DNA of 64,000 nucleotides from Malacoraja senta (Eukaryota), in NCBI GenBank assembly GCA_038087875.1, contig JAXLNO010000520.1, positions 1-64,000 on the forward strand, read 5' to 3'. The notes under the pieces were generated by a model that made no database searches, was not told the DNA's origin, and saw only the letters and a list, made by a program, of their open reading frames with translations. This document shows positions 24,997-37,262 of this stretch, piece after piece; position 1 is the stretch's first letter; each line of letters begins with the position of its first letter. The position numbers and the translations under genes are program-made.

Positions 24997-25520
24997 AATT
25001 CAATTCAATTCCTTTATTGTCATCTTGCAAGCAACAGTTGTACAGTGCAAAACGAAAAGACGTTTCCCAGGGAATACCGGAGCATCGCACATGAAATTTA
25101 AAACATTTCACACATAATAATAACAACACTAAAACAATCCAGTCCCTGGTGGAACAGTATAAAGTTAAAATAGATAAAAACAATGTTAAAATACAGTAAG
25201 ACCAATCATAAACATGTCCGGGGTGGCTGATTTGAGTGGCCAGTGCCAGTTATTGAAGTGGCCAGTGCCAGTTATTTTAGTGTCCGTACCAAGCCGCAGA
25301 ATCAGGTGACTGTGTACAGAGTGGCTGTTTAGCAGCCTCACAGCATATGGCAGGAAGCTGTTTAGCAGTCTTGTAGTCCGGGCTTTGATGCTGCGATATC
25401 TCTTGCCTGATGGCAGGAGATCCAGGTGTATGTGGAGGGGGTGCATTTTGTCCTTAGCAATTTTTTGAGCTTTTTTCCGACAGCGGCTCAGGAACAGTTC
25501 TTGTACCGAGGGTAGGGAGG
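24997..25520 (-). mobile_element. Rex1/Babar-like LINE 3' fragment
   Basis: LLPSGKRYRSIKARTTRLLNSFLPYAVRLLN. Tail tgacaataaag(gaatt)n on the minus strand. Confidence 0.85.
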
Positions 25521-25527
25521 GTAGGGT

Positions 25528-25562
25528 AATGACGTTTCGGGTTGAGACCCTTCATCAGACTG
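25528..25562 (-). ncRNA. Minimal type-I hammerhead ribozyme-like motif (Penelope-associated)
   Basis: Minus strand reads cagu-CUGAUGA-a-gggu(cuca)accc-GAAA-cg-UC-auu: both conserved core boxes, a 4-bp helix II and a palindromic ACGU helix III. Confidence 0.7.
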
Positions 25563-25949
25563 GAGTCCGAATAATGGTGTCAACCCAGAGATGATGCATA
25601 ACCTGCTGTGTTACTCCAGTACTTTGTGTCCTTTTGTGTATTAACCAGCATAAGCAATTCTTTGTTTCTACATTGTGTCCACAAGTGCTACGTGTAAAGT
25701 GTTTGCAGACCTGTTATGCCGCTGCAAGTAAGAATTCCACTGTTTTGTTTTTGGTACACAAGACAATTAAACACTCTTGACTTGACCTGACTCTTGTGGG
25801 TAAAATATTCTTTGCTTGTCAATTTTGTAACACGGGTTTGCATTGACAGGTCAGTGGAGTTCTTTGTACCAATTATTTACATTGTAAATGTGCTCTTGGA
25901 GAGCCTGGTTCAATGTAATCCCCTGCTCTTAGAAGAAAAGTCTGAGTGC

Positions 25950-26256
25950 GGTCATGGTGGCGCAGCGGTAGAGTTGCTGCCTTACAACGAATGCAGCGCC
26001 GGAGATCCGGGTTCGATCCCGACAACGGGTGCTGTCTGTACGGAGTTTGTACGTTCTCCCCGTGACCTGCGTGGGTTTTCTCCGAGATCTTCGGTTTCCT
26101 CCCACACTCCAAAGACGTACAGGTTTGTAGGTTAATTGGCTTGATAAATGTAAAAATTGTCCCCAGTGTGTGGAGGATAGTGTTAATGTGCGGGGATCGC
26201 TGGTCGGCGCGGGCCGAAGGGCCTGTTTCCGTGCTGTATCTCTAAACTAAACTAAA
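25950..26256 (+). mobile_element. Full-length tRNA-headed V-SINE (HE1-like)
   Basis: A box tggcgcagcggtag, B box ggttcgatccc, central domain 'cggtttcctcccacactccaaagacgtac', CR1-like 3' end gggccgaagggcctgtttc, and (taaac)n tail. Confidence 0.92.
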
Positions 26257-26259
26257 GTG

Positions 26260-26625
26260 TCTTGCATTCAGAGAAAGCCTTTCACAATCCCAGTCCCAAT
26301 GCATTGTACAACCAATTCAGCAGATTTCAAAGTGTAGTCACCATTGTAATGCAGAAAACATGGTGATTAGTATATGCCCAGCATAGTCCCGCAGATAGTA
26401 ACACATTCATTATTTGTTTTAGTGATGTTGATTGAGGGCTAAATGTTACTCTGTCACAGAGAACATTTCATTTTCACTTTCACAAAATGTTGTCTTGGGA
26501 TCTTTAATGTTCAGTTGAAAGTGCAAATGAGGCCTTGGTTTAATGCTGCATTTGAAAGATGCCATCTTCAATAGAATAACATTGCCTCAATGATGCACGA
26601 GTGTCAATTCAGATTTTAGTGCAAA
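26260..26625 (-). mobile_element. Ancient Deu-domain SINE relic (SacSINE1/AmnSINE1-like)
   Basis: The minus strand carries, in order, 'ttaaaccaaggcc', 'aaagatccca', 'ccctcaatcaacatcactaaaaca', 'gtgactacactttgaaa' and 'gtgaaaggc', all recalled Deu-SINE landmarks. Confidence 0.65.
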
Positions 26626-26765
26626 CTAATTAGATTCTGCAGTGTTTCATTTTCCCAATACATTTATACTACTTTGAAAATATAATATGTTCCATGATGT
26701 CCTCACTCATGTTATTTCCTTTTTTTCTATTCAAACTGGCAGGATGGCTTATCACAACATCACCA

Positions 26766-27080
26766 TTTAGTTTAGCTTAGAGATACAGCGCGGAAACAGG
26801 CCCTTCGGCCCACCGAGTCCGCACCGACCAGCGATCCCCACACATTAACAGTACCCTACACACACGAGGGACAATTTACATTTATACCAAGTCAATTAAC
26901 CTACAAACCTGTACGTCTTTGGAGAGTGGGAGAAAATTGAAGATCTCGGAGAAAACCCAGGCATTCACGGGGAGAAGGTACAAACTCCGTACAGGCAGCA
27001 CCCGTAGTCAGGATCGAACCCGGGTCTCCAGCGCTGCAAGCGCTGTAAGGCAGCAACTCTACCGCTACACCACTGTGCCA
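26766..27080 (-). mobile_element. Full-length V-SINE (HE1-like)
   Basis: Reverse complement of 25950-26256. Confidence 0.9.
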
Positions 27081-27684
27081 CCCTGTTATGCCCAGTTTCA
27101 TAAGTTTATAAGCTCATAAGGTCTAGGAGCAAAATTAGGCCATCCGGCCCATGAAGTCTACTCCGCCATTCAATAATGGCTGATCCATCTATACCTCTCA
27201 TCCCCATTCTCCTACCTTTGCTCCAATCGAGTCTCAATTGATTACAAGATACAGCTTGGAAACAGGCACTTCCGCTCATCAGGTTCACATTGACCATCGA
27301 TCACCCATTCTCACTAGTTCTATGTCATCCCACTTTTTAACCCACTCCCCACATGCTAGGGGCAATTTATAAAGGCCTATTAACGAACAATCCACACATT
27401 TTTGGGAAGTGAGAGAAAATCAGAGCACCTGGAGGAAACCCACACGGTCACAGGGAGAACATGCAAACTCTGCATGGACATCACACAAGGTTTGAATTGA
27501 ACCTGGTATCTCTGGTGCAGTGAGTTGCAGCCCTTCCAGCCATGCTGTTGTGCTGCCCAAAGTTATTGAATGTGTTTGAGTATCTTGGTTTGGATGATAC
27601 TCCAAATGTGAGAAGGAACACATTTAGTGTAGAAAGGTTAGGAGATATGTGGGATGATATCAGTTAAAATGGCAAGTAACCCAT

Positions 27685-28020
27685 GCTTTCCCTCTCTCTC
27701 CATCCCTCCCCCACCCTAGCTATCCGACTAGTTCCACTGTCCTTCTGATAAATTTTACTGATTGTATACCTCCTTGTCACCTTCCATTCAGCTAACAATA
27801 AACCATTCTACGTCCTTATCAGCATCTGCTTTGATCTGTGTATTCACACCTTACCCTCCATATCTCTAGACTCCCTCTCCCCTATCTCTCAGTCTGAAGA
27901 AGGTTCTCGACCTGAAACATCACCCATTGCTTCTCTCCAGAGATGCCGCCTGTCCTGCTGAGTTACGCTAGCATTTTGTGTCTCTTCGAAGTAAACCAGC
28001 ATCTGCTTTTCCTTCCTATT
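27685..28020 (+). mobile_element. Penelope-like 3' end / pLTR fragment with degenerate hammerhead core
   Basis: 'cagtctgaagaaggttctcgacctgaaacatcaccc...gagttacgctagcattttgtgtc'. Confidence 0.7.
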
Positions 28021-28103
28021 CAGTTAAATGAATCTAGAAAGGTTCAGTATTATTGTAAAAACACATACGACTGACCAGTTGGTGCAAAATCCTGGAATGC
28101 TTA

Positions 28104-28683
28104 TGGGCCTGTCCCACGGGCATGCGACTCCATGCGGCAAGCGCGACCTAACCGCAAGCGGGGGCCGTGCGGGGGCCGTGCGGAGGTCGCGGGGCCGGTC
28201 CCACTTCGATCGTCGGAGCCGTATGGAGTTGTGCGGAGCTGGTCCCGACATCGCGCGGGGCTCCGAAAAACTGACACTGTTCAAAAATTCCGTGCGGCAA
28301 CGGCCTGCCGCCCTGCAGCCGCATCGACGGCCGTGCGCACCGCCTCGACGGCCGTGCGCACCGCCTCGACGCTGGACGCAGCCGCCTCAAAACCGTGCGC
28401 ACCACCTCGACGCCGGATGCAGCTGCCTCAAAGCCGTGCGCACCGCCTCGACGCCGGACGCAGCCGCAACGAGGCCGTGCGCACCGCCTCCCCGCCGTAC
28501 GCACCGTCTTGACGTCATTCGACCTCCGCTCGGCCCCCGCTTCCGATTTGGTAGCGCTTGCCACATGCAGCCGCATACTGGTGGGACCGGCCCTGTACGG
28601 GGATCACTCGACCTCCGCACGGCCCCCGCTTGCGGTTAGGTCGCGCTTGCCGCATGGAGTCGCATGCCCGTGGGACAGGCCCT
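28104..28683. mobile_element. CpG-rich Harbinger-like MITE, opposite orientation to the 2043-2496 copy
   Basis: About 67 bp of near-perfect TIR, TTA on both sides (28101-28103, 28684-28686), and an interior that is the reverse complement of 2345-2430. Confidence 0.9.
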
Positions 28684-29644
28684 TTACTCATCGATGCTGG
28701 GGATGTAGCTCAGGCAGAGATAGCGAACATGGCTTCACATCACTGCTTTAGGGATTTAGGATTCAGGGATGCGTATTAAATGCTGGTCTCACCTATGACA
28801 GCCATTTCCTGTACAGCACAACCTGGTTAATTCTTAATACTATCCGGGCAACCTGAGAGTATTGCCCAGAACTTGAGATATATAAGAAATGTTATGAAAA
28901 TATATTTAACGGCATCGTAAAACAAACTGAACAACATTGGAGCAACAGAACGAGTGAGTGCAGGTCTTGTGTTAGAAGGGATAAATATTGCTCAGACATC
29001 AGGATCTTTTCACTTGTGTAATAAGCTGCTAGAAAATGCCGCTTGAAGCCAAACGCTGGAATCACTCAACAAACAACCAGATGTCATGTGGGAGATGAAG
29101 GTCTGGAAAATCTGGTACTGTCAAGCCTATTTTCAGGCCATGTGTTTGGTATTCTGCAAAGGCCTGAGGTGTTCCTGCATCCAAATCTATTGTGTCATCT
29201 TGACAACATGGGCTGCGGTATTTGCAATAATGTCAGCAACATTGTGCGTGAAATTAAATACTTTTCGTCTTGTATTAAGCCTGCCAGGAATAATCAGAAA
29301 CAAACACAATCAGTCTGTTCCTTCATCATTGCTTTAATTTCACTGGGTTAGATTTCAAAAGGAAATATATCCTCTAATAAAATATGTATTATCTAAGCCA
29401 GTAGAAATAATGCAAAATAAAAGCCTGGTTCATAGGTTGGCTGACAGACACTTCTAATAAACTTAAAGATGACCGTGCTTAATTAAAAATAAGTTATTCC
29501 TGTAGCAGGATTGAGCTGTCAGCAAGCATTTGATGGTGATGAGTGATCAAATTGCTTGGTATGATTTTATTCCTCGTAATCCATTCTTATGATTTGGATT
29601 CAGGCTTTGTCTGGGGAATAGGAAGGTTCATCAAAATTCGTAAG

Positions 29645-29855
29645 AAGTGTGTAGGAAGGAACTGCAGAGGCTGGTTTATACCGAAGATAGACACAGAATG
29701 CTGGAGTAACTCAGCGGCATCTCTGGAGAGGAATGGGTGATGTTTCGAAGAAACACGTCTGAAGTAGGGTCTCGACCCAATACGTCACCCATTTGTTCTA
29801 CCCAGAGATGCTGCCTGTGCCGCTGAGTTACTCCAGCATGTTGTGTCTATCTTCT
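29645..29855. mobile_element. Palindromic Penelope-derived mini-element
   Basis: gaagatagacacagaatgctggagtaactcagcgg... / ...cgctgagttactccagcatgttgtgtctatcttc. Confidence 0.8.
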
Positions 29856-31274
29856 TATGTGTTGCATGGGCTCTGTACTTTGTGGAGCAGTAGGTCTTGT
29901 CATTGACAGACTGCAACCTAGGATGGAGTCAAATGCCATTGAACTATGGCAATTCCATTTTACTAATTACCTGCCTGTGGCAGTCATTAGTTAAATTTAG
30001 AGATACAACATGGAAACAGGCCCTTCGGCCTACTGAGCCCATGCCAACCATCGATCACTAGTTCCATGTTATCCCACTTTCTCATCCGCTTCCGACACAT
30101 TAGGGGCGATTTTACAGAGGCCCATTAAATACAAATCGCGCATCATTGGGATGTGGGAGGAAACCGGAGCACCAGGAGGAAAACCATATTGGTGTAAACT
30201 CAATGCAGGGAGCACGTGAAGTCAGGGTCAAACCCAAGTCTCTGACACTGTGAGACAGCAGATCTACCAGCTCTGCAACCCATACTAGGTTAACATTTAA
30301 TATCTCTGACCAATAAATACTGTTCATCTTGGTTGTATACGTATGGAGCGTGTGGTGAATTGGAAATAGAGAAAACATGGAATGGAATACTTTATTGTCA
30401 CATGTGACAAGGCACAGTGAAATTCTTTGCTTGCATTCCCAAGTTCTTCCCCCTCACTCACGGCGGTCCCATGATGCCGGGTCCTCCACTGTTCTTCCCC
30501 CTCACTCACTGCCGTCCCCCCACGCCGGGTCCTCCATTGTTCTTCCCCCCTTTCCTTCCCCTACAAGGAGTATTTCAGTGTAAGACACTGATAACTGAGG
30601 AAGGACAACACTTTTATTCTCAACTGCAACATTTTCTTGGTGCAAACTGATTAGATTGAATGGTTTAAGTTTAGTTTTATTATTGTCACACGTATTGAGG
30701 TACAGTGAAGTGCTTTGTTTTACATAGTATCCAATCAAATCTGTACATACTATATGTAAATAGACTAAATCCAAACTCAAGTACAATAGGTAGTGCAACG
30801 GGAAAGATACAGAATGCAGAACCATAGTACTCAGCATTGTAGTGCAACAGTTCCAGAGACAATGTACTATGTCTGCAATGAGACAGAAGTGAATTGGACA
30901 GTACCTAACTGTGCATCAGTCTACACAGTGCATTCAACCCTCCCTCCTTCACTCCAGGCCAGCCCAACTATTACATTTACTGTCTTATTAGTGGCATACA
31001 AGGCGATGCGGATTGTGAACAGCCACTTGTGCATAGATAGCATGGGTCCAATAAAGTCCATTTAAAGATAGTTTAAAGGTCTCCAATGAGGTAAATTGGA
31101 GATTTGGACTACACTCTAGCTGGTGAGAGGGCGGCTCAGTTGCCTGATAACAACTGGGAAGAAACTGTCCCTAAATCTGGAGGTATGAGTTTTCAAACTT
31201 CTGTACCTCTTGCCTGATGGGAGAGGGGAGACAAGAGAATGGCTGGTGTTAAGCTGGTCCTTGATTATGCTGGT

Positions 31275-32608
31275 AGAAACATAGAAACATAGAAAATAGG
31301 TGCAGGAGTAGGCCATTCGACCCTTCGAGCCTGCACCGCCATTCAATATGATCATGGCTGATCATTCAACTCAGTATCCTGTACCTGCCTTCTCTCCATA
31401 CCCCCTCATCCCTTTAGCCCCAAGGGCCACATATAACTCCCTCTTAAATATAGCCAATGAACTGGCCTCAACTACCTTATGTGGCAGAGAGTTCCAGAGA
31501 TTCACCACTCTCTGTGTGAAAAATGTTTTTCTCATCTCGGTCCTAAAGGATTTCCCCTTAATCCTTAAAATGTGCCCCCTTGTCCTGGACTTCCCCAACA
31601 TCGGGAACAATCTTCCTGCATCTAGCCTGTCCAACCACTTAATAATTTTGTAAGTTTCTATAAGATCCCCTCTCAATCTTCTAAATTCTAGCGAGTACAA
31701 GCCGAGTCTATACAGTCTTTCTTCATATGAAAGTCCTGACATCCCAGGAATCAATCTTGTGAACCTTCTCTGTACTCCCTCTATGGCAAGAATGTCTTTC
31801 CTCAGATTTGGAGACCAAAACTGTACGTAATACTCCAGGTGTGGTCTCACCAAGACCCTGTACAACTGCAGTAGAACCTCCCTGCTCCTATACTCAAATC
31901 CTTTTGCTATGAATGCTAACATACCATTCGCTTTCTTCACTGCCTGCTGCACCTGCATGCCTACTTTCAATGACTGGTGTACCATGACATCCAGGTCTCG
32001 TTGCATCTCCCCTTTTCCTAATCGGCCACCATTTAGATAATAGTCTACTTTCCTGTTTTTTCCACCAAAGTGGATAACCTCACATTTATCCACATTATAC
32101 TGCATCTGCCATGCATTTGCCCACTCACCCAACCTATCCAAGTCACCTTGCAGCCTCCTAGCATCCTCCTCACAGCTAACACTGCCCCCCAGCTTCGTGT
32201 CATCTGCAAACTTGGAGATGTTGCATTCAATTCCCTCATCCAAATCATTAATATATATTGTAAATAGCTGGGGCCCCAGCACTGAGCCTTGCGGTACCCC
32301 ACTAGTCACTGCCTGCCATTCTGAAAAGGACCCGTTTACTCCTACTCTTTGCTTCCTGTTTACCAGCCAGTTCACTTTCCACATCAATACTGAACCCCCA
32401 ATACTGTGTGCTTTAAGTTTGTATACTAATCTCTTATGTGGGACCTTGTCGAAAGCCTTCTGAAAGTCCAGATATAACACATCCACTGGTTCTCCCTTAT
32501 CCACTCTACTAGTTACATCCTCGAAAAATTCTATAAGATTCATCAGACATGATTTACCTTTCGTAAATCCATGCTGACTTTGTCCAATGATTTCACCACT
32601 TTCCAAAT
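31275..32608 (-). mobile_element. Young 5'-truncated CR1 LINE with an open RT frame
   Basis: 411-aa ORF 31371..32606 nearly identical to the second half of ORF2. (AGAAACAT)2 tail. Confidence 0.96.
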
Positions 32609-32640
32609 GGTAACCTTGCTGAGGCAGCGTGAAGTGTAGA

Positions 32641-33398
32641 TGTTAATCCTGGCTAAATTGAGTAGCTAGGACTTCAAAATGGGGTAAGGTTTCAGGGTTG
32701 CTAGGAGATTTTGTCAATTTGGAATTGCTCTCTGCAAAGCTGGGACAAGCCGTGAAGAGTTGCCAGAGTGTCTGGAGCTTAGATACAATTTACAAGCAAA
32801 GAATGGGAATATCTGCAAACCCTGTCAATTAGGTGCAAAATGCATAGAATGGATTAGATGGCTGCAAACCAGACATACACCTTGTAAATAATTGTAAATA
32901 ATGTTGCAGAGTTTGACTTTGCTAAGTGTTGATTGGATGCGGTGTTGAGGCTTGCCTGGGTTTTCTGTAAATCAGGGTCAATGTTTCTTAGTTGGCTTCT
33001 TTACGAAGTCAGTTTTGAATACAATGAATTGAACTGTTGTATCATTGGGTTAGGGGAATGCCTGTTATGTATGGGGTTAATCGATATCTGTAATTGGGTT
33101 ATTAAGAGACCACCCCCATGTGGTTCGGCCCCTCGAGGTCCCGGGACATATAAAAGTACGCGATCACGAGGCTCAGCGTCGATCTTCTGGGAGAGCGCTT
33201 GGGACTGCGTGAACTTCTGGAGTGTCTCTGTCTGAGCGAGGCCTAGAGGGCTTGAACAGGCAGACACGAGGATCAAACCCACGGTGGTGAGGTACCGTAG
33301 TTGAACTGTGACGCGCTTTTGGTAAAATAAAATTTAGTTGATTCGTGCTTGATTCAGTGTGTTTACTGAAACTAGACTGGAGGGAAGCTTAGAAACGA
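32641..33398 (+). mobile_element. Solo-LTR-like sequence, 3' end probably truncated
   Basis: Starts tgttaatcctggctaaa, TATA box 'tataaaag' near 33149, aataaa near 33326. Start and post-polyA segment resemble the minus strand of 56148-56964. Confidence 0.55.
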
Positions 33399-33879
33399 GC
33401 AATTATCATAGATGGAGTCCATCTTAGATGGAGCTGTGTCCATTCTGTGAAGCATCCTGATAAAATGCTTTCTATGGCACATCTGTAGAAGTTAGTGAGG
33501 GTTGTTGGGGTCATGCTGAACTTTCTAAACTTTTTATGAAAGAGGGAGAGTTGAGAGCAAATGTGGAGGAAAATTCCAGAGATGAGCAAACTATGAAACT
33601 AGGGGATTATTTAGGCCCTCTGTTTATGCTTTATCACGAGATCATAAGAGATAGGTGTAGAATTAGGCCATTCGGCCTATCAAGTCTACTTCGCCATTCA
33701 ATCATAACTGATCTATCTCTCCCTCCTAACCCCATTCTCCTGCCTTCTCCCCATAACCTCTGACACCCGTACTAATTTTATCTCTTTAGATACAGCGTGG
33801 AAACAGGCCTTTTAGCCCATAAAATGCATGCTAACCAGTGATAACCCTGTACACTAACACTATTCTACACAGACAGAAG

Positions 33880-34147
33880 ATGCACAATTCTTAAAATGTG
33901 CTCAGGAGCATCATTCCCTGGAATTCCCTCCCACAACCGGTCCAAAATTCTGAGTCCCTCACCATCTTCCAGTCCCGCCTCAAGACCCATCTCTTCACCT
34001 CTGCATACCCTTAGTCCCATGTTCCCCTCCCCTCTGTCTTACTGCTCTATTTTGTTTTGTTTATTCCTGACTCTCAATTGTAAAGCGACTTTGAGTCCTG
34101 AAAAGCGCTATATAAATAAAATCTATTATTATTATTATTATTATTAT
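33880..34147 (+). mobile_element. L2-type LINE 3' end
   Basis: 'tgtaaagcgactttgagtcctgaaaagcgctatataaataaaatc(tat)n' is a typical L2 tail. Confidence 0.75.
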
Positions 34148-35902
34148 CATTTAGCTGGAATATCGTCATCTCAAGAGGACGGGACAATTTTGGATTACGA
34201 TTTCAGGAACAAAATTGGGAAGGCAGAAGAGTAATCAGTGGGAAAACTCTTTTGGTTTTAGTTAATCATCATTCAACTTGATATCGCAATGCATTTCTAC
34301 TGTCCAAATATACAGTTCCTATTGCTTGTATGTCCATCGAGCTGTATTTCAGCTACACTAGAATGAAATGAAAGGCATTTTTTATTCTGTACTGACACCT
34401 TGTTTTCAGACTGCCGGGCAAGAAATGATAGCAGCATGGACCCACCATGGCACAGACCTGAGACGGCTGATCTCTTGATTAGCAAAGATATTGAGGCAAC
34501 ATTCGTTTTTTTTTTATGGCAATTTTAGAATGAAAGTGTTTGTTTTGGCATGAACTGAAGGTGTGATAAGTGAGTATAGGACAAAATAAAAGCACACCTT
34601 TGAGTTAATTACCATAATTAAGTTAACCGCGGAAGATCTAACATTGGTCCCGAGGGTGATCTTTGCAAAACTAGCAGATAAACAAAAAAAGCTTTTTATG
34701 CAGAAATCTAAATATGCTTAGTAAAAACAAACCTGAAGGAGAGTGGCTACACTGCTTAGCCTGAAAGGATGTTGAGGAATGCAACTGAGCATGGTTTGTT
34801 TATCTCATGGCAGACAGAAGGGTGCAGACAGGGAGGCTTGCTGTTTCACATTTTAACGTCAGACCTAAAGAGGAGAAAGTGTCTCATTTTACTATGGGAC
34901 TGAATGTCCTTAATGATCCCTATTAGCTTACAAGCTCTTGGAACCAGCTTGCTAATTTGTTATCGTATTACAGACAGTACCAAAATAAACTAACCTTCAT
35001 TGCCTGCTTTTTGGGGACATTCTTCGACATCAGTTGTCTTCCATTTCTTAAAAAGGACAAAATAATGTTGCTGTCATCTGTTGACATTTCTTGCGCTATT
35101 GAGCTTTTTGCCAAAAATTCTATCAGTGCTATTTTTTAATCTCATTTCAACAATACGGTCCATTTGCCATCGGGTTTCCATCTGCCATGTGTGTGTCTTT
35201 TCACTCAGAGTTATTTACTGCAGAAGGCTGACAATTCTGCCGATGGGCATGCATCTGGTTCTGGAAGGAGGGATGGAATATTTAAATTATAAACAAGACA
35301 GGGATGCGATTATACTCAGACACTATATCAAAGTAAATGTTTTTGGTGTTTTGTCAGATGCAGGAGTATAATGATGTATAATTCAATAATACTTTTCAAG
35401 ATTAATCTCCAAGATTGTCAGATGGTTGTCTTATGCACGGGTTCACCCTCCTAGCAGTGTTGTTGAGGTCTAGATGGTTGCGAAAGCCCACGTAAGTGAT
35501 AAAATTAAAAGATGTGGAAATGTGCCTGTGTAACTGGAAAATGACACATTTCAACTGGATGAACAGTATTCTTGAAAAGTCACCATTACAGAAACGTCTT
35601 TGATTTTCTGTCCCACTGGAAGTATGCTCATTTTAACTTCATTTTCAAAACAAGGATATTACTGACAAAACGACCTATATTTACTTTTCCTTGGTTGCCC
35701 ACATGAGGATATCCATGGAAGTCCTTGCAAGACACATGGAATTGCAAATGCTGAGATCTTGACTGAAACACAAAATGCTGGGTCGGTCAGGTGGTGGATC
35801 AAACTCTCAGTGGGTCAGGCAGCATCTGTGAAAAGAATGGATGGGCAATGTTTTGGGTTGGGACGTTTTTACAGATGTGTTGTTAGAAAGCCAGAAGTCT
35901 GG

Positions 35903-36198
35903 GTTTAGTATAGTTTAGTTTAGAGATGCAGCGTGGAAACAGGTCCACCAAGTCCGTGCCGACCAACGATCTGCACACACTAACATTCTCCTACACACAC
36001 GGGACAATTTACACTTATACTAAGCCAATTAACCTACAAACTTGTACGTCTTTGGAGTATGGGAGGAAACCGGAGATCCCAGAGAAAACTCATGGGGAGA
36101 AGGTACAAACTCTGTACTGTCAGCACCCGTAGTCAGGATCAAACCTGTGTCTCAGGCGCTGTATAGCAGCAACTCTACCGCTGCGCCATGGTGCCTCC
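35903..36198 (-). mobile_element. V-SINE (HE1-like)
   Basis: Reverse complement of 25950-26256. Confidence 0.85.
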
Positions 36199-37262
36199 GC
36201 TAAAGTTATTGAAGTTACTCCCGGAAAATCGTTTGATCATGGATTTCTGCCCCAGTGATAATGAAGGAATGGCTGACATGTGTTCATGGCAGGATGTTGC
36301 AGAGAATAGAGAGGAGCATGGAGATGGATGCTAGTTTTCCTGTACAAACTTGCATCCTGCATCTTCTTGATGTTGGAAGTTGTAGTTTGCTGAGTGATGC
36401 TTTTGAAGAAGCTTTGGCCAATAGTTGCAATGTATCCTGTAGAGGCTGGGAAAAGGTAAACATGGTTCTCTGGTGTCAAGTGAGTAGGCTGCCTTGGAGT
36501 GGCAGTGAAAGGGATTGTGCTTTTTTTTTGTGGCGATGTTGAATTTATTGAATGTTATCGGAGTTGTATCCATTCAAGTGGAGAGTATTTAATAGCATTT
36601 GACATAAAATTGTAGTTGGTGGAATGAGTTTTTGGAAGTCAGGAAGGTTGTCAAACGCTGCAGAGTATCAATTCTCTGACCTGTTGTTTCAGCAATGCCA
36701 AATATGTACTGGTACAGTTGAATTGAATGAAGTGTAGGAAGGAACGAAATGCTGGTTTACACCGAAGGTAGACACGAAATGCTGGAGTAACTCAACGGTA
36801 CAGGCGGCATCTCTGGAGAGAAGGAATAGGTAACTTTTCACGTCGAAACCTATGGTTCCTCAGAATATTGCAGATTGGGAAATAGGTGATGATAATGCCA
36901 TGGAATATCATGGAGGTACTGATAACACACAGCCTTGTCAGGAATGATCACTCTCAGGCATTAGTGTTGCATAAATATTACATGTTCCCTGTGTTTCCAG
37001 GGTCTTGCTACATGCTACTATCAAAAGCTTGAAACTGAGAACATTACAAACAGTGAGACAAATATGTGAATATGTGAATCAAACTATGTGGGGTTATTAT
37101 TACCATCCAAAATGAGTAGTGATCAATTCTTGTATAATCTTATTAGAAGTGAATGCTTTTGTTATGTAGGTTTCATTTTTATAAAGATTGATAATTGGAG
37201 GTAAACCCAGTGAAATTCTCAGTAACATATAGTAAGTGATTCCTTATGTAACACATGGTGTT

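Noticed and set aside
25955..26030. tRNA gene
   Set aside because: A/B boxes are present but belong to a multi-copy SINE head; no full cloverleaf was seen.
28028..28751. 203-aa and other ORFs resembling those at 2013-2535
   Set aside because: Shared peptides reflect MITE homology and high GC content; no transposase motif.
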